Below the pieces are notes generated by a model that was given only the letters and a program-made list of their open reading frames with translations, made no database searches and was not told the DNA's origin. Position numbers and translations under genes: made by a program. Source: Selaginella moellendorffii (lineage: Eukaryota; Plantae; Lycopodiophyta). From it: 64,000 bases of DNA. Location: positions 1,673,718-1,737,717 of the forward strand of contig NW_003314286.1 in assembly GCF_000143415.4 (NCBI RefSeq), written 5' to 3'. Positions 45,766-56,700 of this stretch are shown here, piece by piece; position 1 is the stretch's first letter, and each line of letters begins with the position of its first letter.

Positions 45766-46837
45766 NNNNNNNNNNNNNNNNNNNNNNNNNNNNNNNNNNN
45801 NNNNNNNNNNNNNNNNNNNNNNNNNNNNNNNNNNNNNNNNNNNNNNNNNNNNNNNNNNNNNNNNNNNNNNNNNNNNNNNNNNNNNNNNNNNNNNNNNNNN
45901 NNNNNNNNNNNNNNNNNNNNNNNNNNNNNNNNNNNNNNNNNNNNNNNNNNNNNNNNNNNNNNNNNNNNNNNNNNNNNNNNNNNNNNNNNNNNNNNNNNNN
46001 NNNNNNNNNNNNNNNNNNNNNNNNNNNNNNNNNNNNNNNNNNNNNNNNNNNNNNNNNNNNNNNNNNNNNNNNNNNNNNNNNNNNNNNNNNNNNNNNNNNN
46101 NNNNNNNNNNNNNNNNNNNNNNNNNNNNNNNNNNNNNNNNNNNNNNNNNNNNNNNNNNNNNNNNNNNNNNNNNNNNNNNNNNNNNNNNNNNNNNNNNNNN
46201 NNNNNNNNNNNNNNNNNNNNNNNNNNNNNNNNNNNNNNNNNNNNNNNNNNNNNNNNNNNNNNNNNNNNNNNNNNNNNNNNNNNNNNNNNNNNNNNNNNNN
46301 NNNNNNNNNNNNNNNNNNNNNNNNNNNNNNNNNNNNNNNNNNNNNNNNNNNNNNNNNNNNNNNNNNNNNNNNNNNNNNNNNNNNNNNNNNNNNNNNNNNN
46401 NNNNNNNNNNNNNNNNNNNNNNNNNNNNNNNNNNNNNNNNNNNNNNNNNNNNNNNNNNNNNNNNNNNNNNNNNNNNNNNNNNNNNNNNNNNNNNNNNNNN
46501 NNNNNNNNNNNNNNNNNNNNNNNNNNNNNNNNNNNNNNNNNNNNNNNNNNNNNNNNNNNNNNNNNNNNNNNNNNNNNNNNNNNNNNNNNNNNNNNNNNNN
46601 NNNNNNNNNNNNNNNNNNNNNNNNNNNNNNNNNNNNNNNNNCTTCCAGCAAAAAACCAAAGTTTTCAGTATCTAAGAAGTATCAAAGAAAGAACACCTTG
46701 TACGTGAGTCAATCACGAAGAACCACGGAAAGAAGGTTGCGAACCTGTCGCATCGTTGGCCTGTTTCCCGGATTGCTATCTATGCATCGCAGCGCCGTGA
46801 CAAGCACTCTGGTGGCCTCCTCCGCGTTGAAAACTCC

Positions 46838-48704
46838 CTACAGCCTTGGATCCACGACACCCAAGAGCTTCCCGGCCGCGTACTGCTCCTCCACCCATGG
46901 CACCAGCAGCCATGCGTTGTGATCCTTCTCCTTGGAGCTCCCAATCACCCGCCTCCCAGTCACAACCTCGAGCGTCACCACGCCATAGCTGTAGACATCC
47001 GACGCGGGCGTGAACTTGTATGTGACCCCGACCTCGGGCGCGATGTATCCCAGCGTCCCCGCGAGCGTGGTGGTGCGTGAGCTCACGTCATGGCTGGCTG
47101 TGCGCGCGAGGCCAAAGTCGCCCAGCCTCGCGCGAAACTCTTCGTCCAGCATCACGTTGCTGCATTTCACGTCGCGGTGGATGACCTGCTGCTCCCAGTC
47201 CTCGTGGAGGTAGATGAGTGCGGCGGCGAGGCCCGAGAGGATCCGGAGCCGCGCGTCCCAGAGGAGGAGCAGCGCGTCACCTTTGTGGAAGAGCGCCGAC
47301 TCGACGCTCCCCTGGGGCATGTAGTCGTAGACGAGGACGAGCTCGCGGTGGTCGCGCGCGCAGTGCCAGCCGCGGAGAGGGACAAGGTTGCGGTGGCTGC
47401 GCTTGCTGATGATCTGGAGCTCCGCCAGGAACTCGCGCTCGCCCTGGTGCGAGTCCCGCACCATCTTCTTGATGGCCACCGGGGAGTTCTCGCCGGGGAG
47501 GATGCCACGGTAGACCTTGCCGAAGCCGCCTGTGCCCAGGAGGTTGTGCTCGGGTGGCGGAGGTGAGCTGCGCTTAGGGAATCTCGTGTGGCAGCGGCAC
47601 AAGGTCCTTGGACGAGCTCTTCTTCTTCTTCTTCTCGGATGGGAAGCCAAGTTTGCTCCAGGGATTTTTGACAAGCCAGCTGACGACCGCGAGGAGCAGC
47701 AACGCGGCCAGGAACGCCAGGAGTGATGCAGTGACGATGAAGTAAACCTTGAATCGATCTTTCTACTTTCCACCATCGACCACTGTCACTGGTGATGGAG
47801 GAGGAATCCTCTCCAATCTGCTCGAGAAGTTCCAGGACAGGATCCGGTGGAAGTCGAGGTTGGCGGTGCCAGAGCCGGCAGAGAAGCCCACGTACGAGAC
47901 ATCGCTGACATAGGCGCACAAATTCACGCTGTGCTCCAGCACCGGGTCGCCCAAGTTCCGGAACGATGGGTCGGAGGAGACGAACACTCGCAGCCTCTGC
48001 ACGGCGGCATCGTAATCGATTCTCGCCGCGACGGTACCGATGCCAAGAGAGATCCTCCGCGGATAGAGCGAGCTCGAGTTCACGGACAGGATCCCGTTGA
48101 TGTCGAGGCCGACGTGGTTGTCATCGATGTCCTGGAACTCGGGATAGACTGGTGGAAAGTTCATGAAAGTGTCGAATTCCACCGCGACGATGCGGTTGCT
48201 CGCGCGGCCATTCGCGGCGGGATCGAACAAGCCCAGCCAGCGGCCATAGCCAGCGGAGGAGGTGGGGACGAGGTTAGGGGCGATAGTGAACGCGAGGCCA
48301 TCGGCATTGACCAGTGTGGAGTCGTTCTTGGTGATGGCGAAGACGAACTCGGTGGAGAAGGAGGCGCCGGCGCCGGCGGATGCGTTGCAAAGCTGGATCT
48401 CCTGCTGCTTCATGATCCTGCCATAGCTCGACAGGCGATTGCCGGTGAGCCGGAGCTCGTCATTGTTGAAGGTCGCGTCACCAGTGGCCACAAAATCGTT
48501 GCGTGCCAGGCCCGAGAAGTTGCTGTATGTGAAACTTACATGATCATCAAGCGCTGCTATTGCGTCTAGTGCCACGATCGAAAACGCGATCGCCAGAGCT
48601 TTGGCCATGGGACCAACCAACGCTAGAAGAGCTAGACCGATCAACCCTGGAGCTTTTGACCAGTGAGCCAGCATGGGTTCAATCCTCGGCTTGTCCGAGT
48701 CCAT
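46838..48704 (-). pseudogene. LecRK copy 3: lectin ectodomain ORF (47763-48704) with the same premature TAG; kinase frameshifted and truncated
   Basis: Same lesions as copy 2. Confidence 0.85.
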
Positions 48705-49082
48705 TTTCCATCTTCTAGGCTGGTTATCTTGACAGGATAGTTTCCAACGCGGAGGAGGCTGCCACAGCACGGCGCTGCGATGCTTTGATAGCACTGGGTC
48801 CCAGGATCCTCCAGACCGCGTACTCCACCCACAGCCACGCAGATGAGGACTTAAAGTATGTTTGGATGTGCTTTGCGTAAAGGCTGAAACATTCATTGTT
48901 TCAGGTCAGGAGCTGGAAAATCTTCTAACTAACCTTCTAATTATATTAGGCAGACTTAGTACTTATGAATACTATCAAGAAATCCGTCAGCGGCGAGGAT
49001 CGAGTACGACGCTTGGATCCCGCTGCCACATGAAATCCCATACGGGCAAGACTCGAGCCTTTTTGAGTTAGTGAGCAATCTG

Positions 49083-49510
49083 TTAGTAACACTTTCGGTG
49101 GACGATGTTTGGCCCGTACTCATCGTAGTCTCCCTTGGTGAGATGCTGGTTCTGAGGGAACACCACCTTGGCGAGGATGGCACCGCCAATCCATGCCGAG
49201 TATTGCAGCGTCCGCTTTGGCATGTACTCCGGAGGCTGCGAAAGCGGAAGAGAATGAGAAATACGAAAGCCAGAAAAGTTTCACTGCTTCTTCTTTACCT
49301 TCACTATGGAGGGCCGCAAGGAGGGAGTTCCGTGAAGAGAAACCTCCTTCTGAAAGCGAGCTTCAAAACCTGGGAAGTGCTTGGAAGGTGAGCTAGGAAA
49401 AAACGAAGATCAAATCTTGCCTTACCGAGCTTGCATCTCCGTGAGCCTCTATCATTCTCTCGCCTTAATAGGACGAACTTACAAGACCCCGCGCTTCTTC
49501 TTTTCTGCCT
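49083..49510 (-). pseudogene. ARP7 3' fragment fused by deletion to the COP1-like 5' end
   Basis: 49083-49423 matches the last ARP7 exons; from about 49425 the sequence matches 39733 onwards (COP1 ATG region). Confidence 0.85.
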
Positions 49511-50379
49511 GAGAGCGAGGAATGTTGGGCATATTCTAAGGGTGATTTCGTGGCCGGCCGTGATTGGAGGATCCCGCCGCCAGGTCCACGTGGTGTCTAG
49601 CAGCTCCAACTTCGTCAAACCAACCAAGAGTCAAGTCAATGCGTAGAAACAGTAGTATCACAAGAGATGATGTGAAAAGTGCTCCGGGAGTTACAATCGC
49701 CAAAGAAAAGGCAACGAGAAGAGGATCTAGGCAAGAAGGTAAACATACATAAAAAAGGTGGCCAGGAATCAAGCTCACATTGGCATACCTCCTAGGATTG
49801 TTGGCAAGAACTTTTCTATGGAGAGATTTATTTGCAGGTGCTCGATGTCAAGCATCAGTTTGCAAACTCGTATCGCGTGGAACAGAAGTTCGGCTGGACG
49901 TGAAAGGCAGAGCCGCCGTGTTCTTGTTCCTTCCTTAGACTTGAGGCAACACTAGTGAATCCTGTTTCAGAACGCTCTGTAAGATTAGCCGTCATACCTT
50001 AAGAGCTCACAATTCCCAGCCTTGTCTACAGAGAAGAATCACACAAACATTTAGTCATTCATATACTGTTTTCCCGCAATGCCCACCATGAAGCATGAGA
50101 TTAAAAGATTTAGAAATGCCGATTTAAAGAAGATTGTCGTTACAATGCTCCCAAACATCAGTGTCATATGTTCACCTGAGTCATGTCTTCCTGCTCTTCA
50201 ATCAAATGCCGTCAATGCACGCTACCGAAGTCAAGGGCAACAGATCTCGAGTTTAAATTGATAATAGCTGAAGACACGAAATAGTAAAGGTTCATAGATC
50301 AATGTCAAGGCAGAAACGAGCACTATAGCGGGCTTCCAAGCTAGCAAGCTTTATCTGGAAATCTCACTCCAGCTCGAAC

Positions 50380-51342
50380 CTACGCTGCGCGCGCTGGGGA
50401 TCCAATCCTTCCCTTGGCGCGGCGCTCGAACCCACGAGCTTTAACAACGAGCTTTAACAATGGGCACCGCTTCATCAACTCTTCGATCACATTTATGATA
50501 GCGCTGCCATTTTTCTGCTGGATCCCAAGGATCTTCATCTCGAGCACGCCAAGCTTCTTTAGGTGATGGCAGTTGGAGTAAACACCATTCTGGAACAGAA
50601 AAGCAGCAAAATCTCCAGTGCCAAGTATACGAGAGCTTCGTACCTTGGGGAGTCCTTGAAAACAGGACACCGGAGTCTCGTAAATCTCTCCATGAGAGAA
50701 AAGGAGAGCCACTCTCCCTCAACATCTGCTCGATCAAATCCAGATATGCAACAAAACTGGGTGAACATATGGACACGCTCCAACGCTGTCGTCGGAGCTA
50801 CGAACATATGGACACGCTCCAACTCTGTCGGAGCTACGGCCGCAATGACTTCCATGTAAGCGCTTGAGACTGGGCGCATCCAAATGGATGCGTGGGAGAG
50901 GGCCTCTGGTTATGTCGAAAAGCAGCTGTAGATCCTTCGTGGTATCCCCAAAGCTCAGGCTTGAGTAGATATCCATCACCCTTGAGCTTGCAAGGATCTC
51001 AGCCAAGTCTCTTGAAATGGTATGAAATTTGCAGTGATACGAATCACCGTCAAGTTGCACGCACTCGCGCAGATCACCCACGCAGTGGTAGCAACCCCAA
51101 GCTTTCGAGCGATAGCAGAGCGGCACACAAGAAAAGGCGCATCAATGTTGCTAGTACGCAACACAGTGAGTAGGTTTTCGCCCTGGATAGCTGCTGCGAC
51201 AGTGCCTCTTGAGTCTTGACAGATCCTGGATGATAATCGACGCTACCTGGAACTGGCTCGATGTTGCGACCATGCGGTGGAGAAAGCTGACCACCACATC
51301 GTCCGGGAGGAGCGCGAAAGGATCCGGCACGGGCACCGCCAT
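50380..51342 (-). pseudogene. Probable F-box-like pseudogene
   Basis: N-terminal DPFALLPDDVVVSFL F-box-like start followed by in-frame stops and frame switches; internal ~39-bp duplication at 50763-50837. Confidence 0.5.
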
Positions 51343-51422
51343 AGATGATCTCCTTCTGCGATATCTTTGATCTTTGGACACCTACTTGAACACTTTGAAT
51401 GCGAGAGCATAAACCCTAAACC

Positions 51423-52050
51423 CTAAACTTTCAAAATCAAAGATGGATCTTCCTCGTTGGAATCCTTTACGTGATTCGCACTGCCGCTGCTCTTGCTGCT
51501 CTTGCTGTTGCCCGATCGAGGCCTTCGTTGCTGCCCGGCATTCGAAACGTTCTTGTTCGCCGCGGCTCGCGTCCTCCGGCCCTGTGAAATCAAGAGAGCG
51601 CGAACCAAACTATCATCACAAGCACGAATGCGCGATCGCCGACAGTACCTTGCCCAGGCACTTCTCGAGATGAGGAGCAAATCGCCCAGCGGCGACGGAG
51701 CGGCCGCAATTCATGCACTGGAGCTGCTGGCTCGCGATCGCGGGATGCGATTGCCCAAACACATCCACCACATATTTCTCTCCTCCTCCTCTCTCGCTCC
51801 CACCACTGCCACTCTCCGCCAAGCTCCTGGCCTGCGACGACAGCCGGAGCTCCTCCTCCTCGCCCATCTCAATCCTCGGATCAAATCCCAGCCGCGCGGC
51901 CCGGTGCGCCTCGGCAGCCACATCCACGATGAGCGAATCCAGAATTTCCGCAAAGATCGCGGCCTCCTGCAACGATTTCAATCAAAGCTTCCACGATCGA
52001 GACGCGCCTACCTGAGCTGGAAATCTGGAAGACGAAGAATCACTGTCCAT
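51423..52050 (-). CDS. SGF11: SAGA-associated factor 11 (deubiquitination module zinc finger)
   Basis: MDSDSSSSRFPAQ|EAAIFAEILDSLIVDVAAEAHRAARLG...DVFGQSHP...CMNCGRSVAAGRFAPHLEKCLGK|GRR... Confidence 0.92.
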
Positions 52051-52081
52051 GGAAGTCCATCACGAGCCCTAAAATCTTGCT

Positions 52082-53764
52082 TTAAGCTCCCGTCAAAACA
52101 TGAGGAGGATGATCGATCATCCTCAACGCCCGCTTGAGCCCGCGGTACGTCCGCGCGTCCGGCACGAATCCACACTCGCTCATCTCGCGAAACATCCCAT
52201 ACGCCTCCTCGTTCCGGTCGACCATCGACAGCCCCCAGATCATGGTGTTGTAAGTGACAACGTTTGGCCGGCACGCCATCTCCCTCATCACCTTGCCTCC
52301 CTCGTCCACTCGGCTCGCCCGGCAGTAGCCCCCGATGAGCGCGCTGTAAGTCACCACATTCGGCGAGCACTTGTTCGCAACCAGCTCGCGGAAGATCTCG
52401 TGCGCGTCGTCCACCCGGCCCACCTTGCACAGCTTGTCGATCACCACCGTGTACGTGACCACGTCCGGGATGCATCCCTGCGAAACCATCCTCCGGAGCA
52501 GTCCCAGCGCCGAGTCGAGGCGGCCGGCGGCCGAGAAGCCGAGGACGAGCGGAGTGTAGGCGACGAGGTCCGGGCGGCATCCCTCCGAGACCATCCTGTC
52601 CAGGAGCTGCTGCGCCTCGTCGAGCTGGTCCGACTTGCACAGCCCGTCGATGACGACGCTGTAGGTGACGAGGTTGGGGTGGAAGTCGCGGTCGATCATC
52701 TCGTTGAACACCTCGAGCGCGTCGGCGAGGCGGCGCGCGCGGCACAGCCCGGTGATGATGGCGTTGAAGCTCACCAGCGTGGGGACGTAGCCCTCCTCGG
52801 TCATCTGCGTGAAGGTGGCGAGCGCCTCGTCGACGCGGCCGAGCTGGAAGAGCGCCGCCATGAGCGTGTTGTACGTGACCACGTCCGGCGCGAAGTCGCG
52901 CTTGCGGGCCTCGGCGATGACGGCCCGCGCGGCGTCCAGCCGATCCTGCTTGCACAGCCCGTCCACCAGCGCGTTGTACGTGAATGCGTTTGGGCGGCAC
53001 CCCCCCGCGGCCACCATCTTCCGGAAGAGATCGAAGGCGGCGTCGACGCGGCCGAGCTTGCACAGCCCGTTGATGAGCGTGGTGTAGGAGACTACGTCCG
53101 GCTGCGCGTGCGCGAGCTCCAGGGAGGCGTCGAAGTGCTCCAGCGCCTGGGCGACGCGGCCGCAGCGGCACAGCCCCTGGAGGATGATGCTGGTGGTGCG
53201 ATCGTTGCACTGCATGCCCTCCACGTCCATCTCCCGGAGCAGCGAGAAGGCGGCGTCCAGGTCGCTGGCGTTGCAGAAGCCGCGGATGAGGACGTTGTAG
53301 GTGACGCTCGAGGCCGGGAGCTGGCATGGGTTCTCGCGGAAGAGCTGCAGCGCCCGGTTGTGGCTGCCGGCGCGGACCATCGCGGCCAGGAGCGTGTTCC
53401 AGGTGAAGGTGTTGTGGAGGAAGCGCGGCTGTTGCTGCGACCACCGGAAGAAGCGCAGCGCGAGGGACGAGGAGGTGAGCTCGCGTAGGACTCTGGTGAC
53501 CGTGCGTGGCGTGAGGTTCGTGGAGGACTCGCCCAGAGCTGCGTAGTTGCCCGCCACCTGGGATTCCTCCATGAGCTTCACGAGGGCCTCTTCCTCGCCG
53601 CTTCTGCCGTTTCTGCTGCCACCATTGTTGCCACCATTGCCATTGCTGCCGTTCTTGCCGTTCTTGTGAGCGCCATTTGCTGCTGTTCTTCTGATCACTT
53701 CCACCACTCCGCCGCTGCCACCGTTGCCGCCGCCGCCGCTGCTGCTGCTGAACCTCCTCCGCAT
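52082..53764 (-). CDS. P-class PPR protein, probably organelle (mitochondrion) targeted
   Basis: 560-aa intronless ORF with about 11 canonical 35-aa repeats (PDVVSYTTLINGLCKLGRVDAA...); MRRRFSSS N-terminus. Confidence 0.95.
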   Translation of the reverse strand: MRRRFSSSSGGGGNGGSGGVVEVIRRTAANGAHKNGKNGSNGNGGNNGGSRNGRSGEEEALVKLMEESQVAGNYAALGESSTNLTPRTVTRVLRELTSSSLALRFFRWSQQQPRFLHNTFTWNTLLAAMVRAGSHNRALQLFRENPCQLPASSVTYNVLIRGFCNASDLDAAFSLLREMDVEGMQCNDRTTSIILQGLCRCGRVAQALEHFDASLELAHAQPDVVSYTTLINGLCKLGRVDAAFDLFRKMVAAGGCRPNAFTYNALVDGLCKQDRLDAARAVIAEARKRDFAPDVVTYNTLMAALFQLGRVDEALATFTQMTEEGYVPTLVSFNAIITGLCRARRLADALEVFNEMIDRDFHPNLVTYSVVIDGLCKSDQLDEAQQLLDRMVSEGCRPDLVAYTPLVLGFSAAGRLDSALGLLRRMVSQGCIPDVVTYTVVIDKLCKVGRVDDAHEIFRELVANKCSPNVVTYSALIGGYCRASRVDEGGKVMREMACRPNVVTYNTMIWGLSMVDRNEEAYGMFREMSECGFVPDARTYRGLKRALRMIDHPPHVLTGA

Positions 53765-53798
53765 TTCGACCTAGTCCTTTGCTTCCAAAGTCGATAAT

Positions 53799-56700
53799 TC
53801 ACTGCTTGTTGAGCTCGCTTCTTCTTAGCGACCTCGTTGTGATTGTAGCTTTCGCCTCGATCTTGAAGCGAGCTCTGTAATGTCTAGGAAGAACGGACCT
53901 TTTGCTCTTGGGCCACTTTGTGATCCACAGCGCTCCCAGATCCTTTTGCGCTGTATCCTCGCTAGATCCTGGGCAAACAAAACAAGTACGGGAATTTAGA
54001 CCCAAAAAAACTAATGAGAACCTGTTACCTTGAATTTGTAGCAATGTGTTATGTACATGGTTGTCCCTCTCGTGAAGCTGGGGACGAGGACGTCTCGAGA
54101 ATGTACGTGGAGGTGATTTAACCGCAGCGTCTCTACTGCTTTGAGCCGCCTGTTGTTCAATCCAATCCATCTCTTCGTCTTGCACGCTCCGACCATTCCT
54201 CTTTGGCTGCTCTCGTTTGTCTTGAAGACAACTCGAGCTCTCCAAAGGCTTGTTGCTTTTCATCTCAGGCTTCCGAAGTGACTTCAAGCCATGAGCTATC
54301 CACGAGGAAGATTTCACCTGTAGCAATTAAGCGAGTGAAATGGAGCTGAGAGAGTTCCAAACTTGAGCTTACCAGCCGATTGGATCTTGTTTTTGCAACT
54401 ACGACTGGCTTTGTTATCTCCACACTGAAAACACAAACGTGGATATATAAAAAAATGTTGTTGCAAGGCATAAAAATTTACGTACACTTGGTGATCCTCA
54501 CTCGATTCGGGAGAGCTGGCTGGAGCTCGCCTTGTGTGCAAGACTTTCGGAGCCGAGAACGATTTGCTAGCAGAAAACCGACTAGGTAACTTTGCAGGCT
54601 GTCGATTTGTTTCCAATGCTTTCTCAGGTTGTAGACCAGGCACCTTTGCAGGCTGTCGATTTGCTTCCAATGCTTTCTCAGCTTGTACACCAGGCTGTCG
54701 ATTTATTTCCAACGCTTTCTCTGGTTGTAATTTCCGTTCCGAACGGTGGTGAGCCCTTCTTGACATTGGTTTTGCCAACACTTTTTCGTCATCGGTTTTC
54801 TCCGCACTCGATTCTTCACCTAAGAGAGACTGGTAGGCCAACTCCTCTGCAAGCATAGAAAGATTATAAGAAGAGACAGAGGGTACTGACTATTACCTGC
54901 AACAGGTGTCAATTTTCGCCCGCATTCTAGCCAAGTGAGAGGCTTTTGCAAGACACTTGAACCCGGAAAAGTCACGATGTTCAGCTCCATAAGTTGGATT
55001 CCCTGAGCAGCAGTCAGTTTTTGGAACCCGAAAGCGCTTGTCCATGTTTCTATAAACTCTGCGATCGCCGGAAGGACTAGTGTTTGAACTTCCAAGGTAT
55101 GGAGAACCTTTCACATTATTTAGCACAGTAAGCTACTAAGACACCTAAGCACTGAAGCAGGCTTACTTGTTGAATGACATTTATGAGGCGCCGACACATT
55201 CCCTGTTTTCGATATTGAGACCGGGTTCCAATGAAAGGTATTTCCGCAGCGTGAGATCCATGGACTCTGGTCACTCAAATTGTCACTCTTAACCCCTTCA
55301 AATTTGACTTGACTCACCTCATGGACGCAACGGAGATCAACTCCTGCTCTTTCTCTAATACCACAGTATAAAAGCCACGAAAATCCATACGCTTGTCTTC
55401 ACCTCTGTACAAAGAGCGGCGAGTTAAAGGACCGACCAGAAAAGAGGATTTCAGTCACCTTCGGTTATAAAGGATGTGAGAAACCATGTCTATATTTGAT
55501 CGAGGGTCAATCATCGGTCGAAAGCACTCTTGAATGACGGTGAGAGCAAGCGCCAGGCGTGTATTTAAATCTGCAACACTTTCCAACTTGGAGTTCTCTG
55601 CGGATTGATCATAATGTTCTGAGCGTAACAGCGTCCAGGAGTACATGTCATCCACTTTGTTTACCCTCCCAACCAGTTTCCTCAAGCCTCGAAAAATCTG
55701 TTACTCAAACCATGAAATGAAACGATAAATATTTTTTAGAAAGAGCATACCTTGAAGCACTTTCGACTGCAGAACTGGTTATCACTAGATTCGTACTTCA
55801 TTGCACAGCCAGGAACACAGTTGGAATGATCTGAAAAACACTAACGGGTTAGCTATCGACACAAACTTTTTCAATTCTACTCGCATTCGCGCTCGCACTG
55901 ATCACAGTACAGGATCTCGGTTTGGATGGTCGGATCGTATAAGCTGCGGCCACAGCTGGCACAGCAACACCTGGGACAGAACCAATCGCCTTCGGGAACA
56001 TTCTGTCACAAACAAAACAGTTGGAGCAACTGGCGAGTGACTGATTGCGTACCTCTAGACGAAGACATTTCAGGTGAAATGTTGATGGACAGTGATCACA
56101 ACAGACGAGTTGACCACCATCTCCACACACCGCGCAAGTGTCGTCGTTCTCATCCATTTCAACGTCATCAACCACGAGCTCTGACTCTTTTAATTCCATC
56201 GCCTTCAGAGCCGCTAACTGGCAGTCTAGGATAGACCTCCCGTCAGGCAAACGCATTTGGGAGGCTCCTCCTGTGGCGCCAGCATGCGCCTGAAAGCTAG
56301 AAACTGAAAAGTTCTTCTTGCAACAGTTGCACAGTATTCCGTCGCTCGTAACAATTCCACTGTGTATGAGGTTTGTGTCCGAGTTCACTAACTGGATCTT
56401 CTCACCCTCATTGAGAACTGCCATGTCGATCAACCAGGAGAAAAGTGTCATGCGTTTGATGAAGCTTACTTCAGCGTCCTCTTCTTGCCTCGGCCTTGTA
56501 GGTGTAGATAAAACAGCCTCCAGTCGACAACCTGTTCTTGACCTCCCATTCCTGTTGTCATTATTCCCTTTTTTTGTTAGCTTTTTCTGCTTCGCGGTCT
56601 CTTCTACACTGTCCTCTCTAATATTCCGAGTCCTGTGCCAAGATACGATCTGACTACCCTCATTCCCAGAGCGAGGAAGAAAACCATAATCACCTCTGGC

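Larger units (their letters stand above)
33040..49686. repeat. Tandem segmental triplication (~7-kb unit: F-box 3' tail - LecRK - ARP7 - COP1-like); units ~33040-40061, ~40069-46640 and ~46642-49686
   Basis: Long near-identical blocks, e.g. 37354-38718 vs 44090-45443 and 40650-42560 vs 46710-48620; the third unit has a large internal deletion. Confidence 0.9.

Noticed and set aside
48500-48900. LecRK copy 3 as a clean recombinant of copies 1 and 2
   Set aside because: Diagnostic sites are interleaved and copy 3 keeps sequence missing from copy 1, so private mutations explain it equally well
50763-50837. Short direct repeats (also 17327-17530 and 57094-57312) as a possible CRISPR-like array
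   Set aside because: Head-to-tail tandem duplications without unique spacers, inside eukaryotic coding or pseudogene sequence
52008-53488. 478-aa alternative-frame and 462-aa antisense ORFs over the P-class PPR
   Set aside because: Stop-codon depletion in GC-rich coding DNA; low-complexity translations
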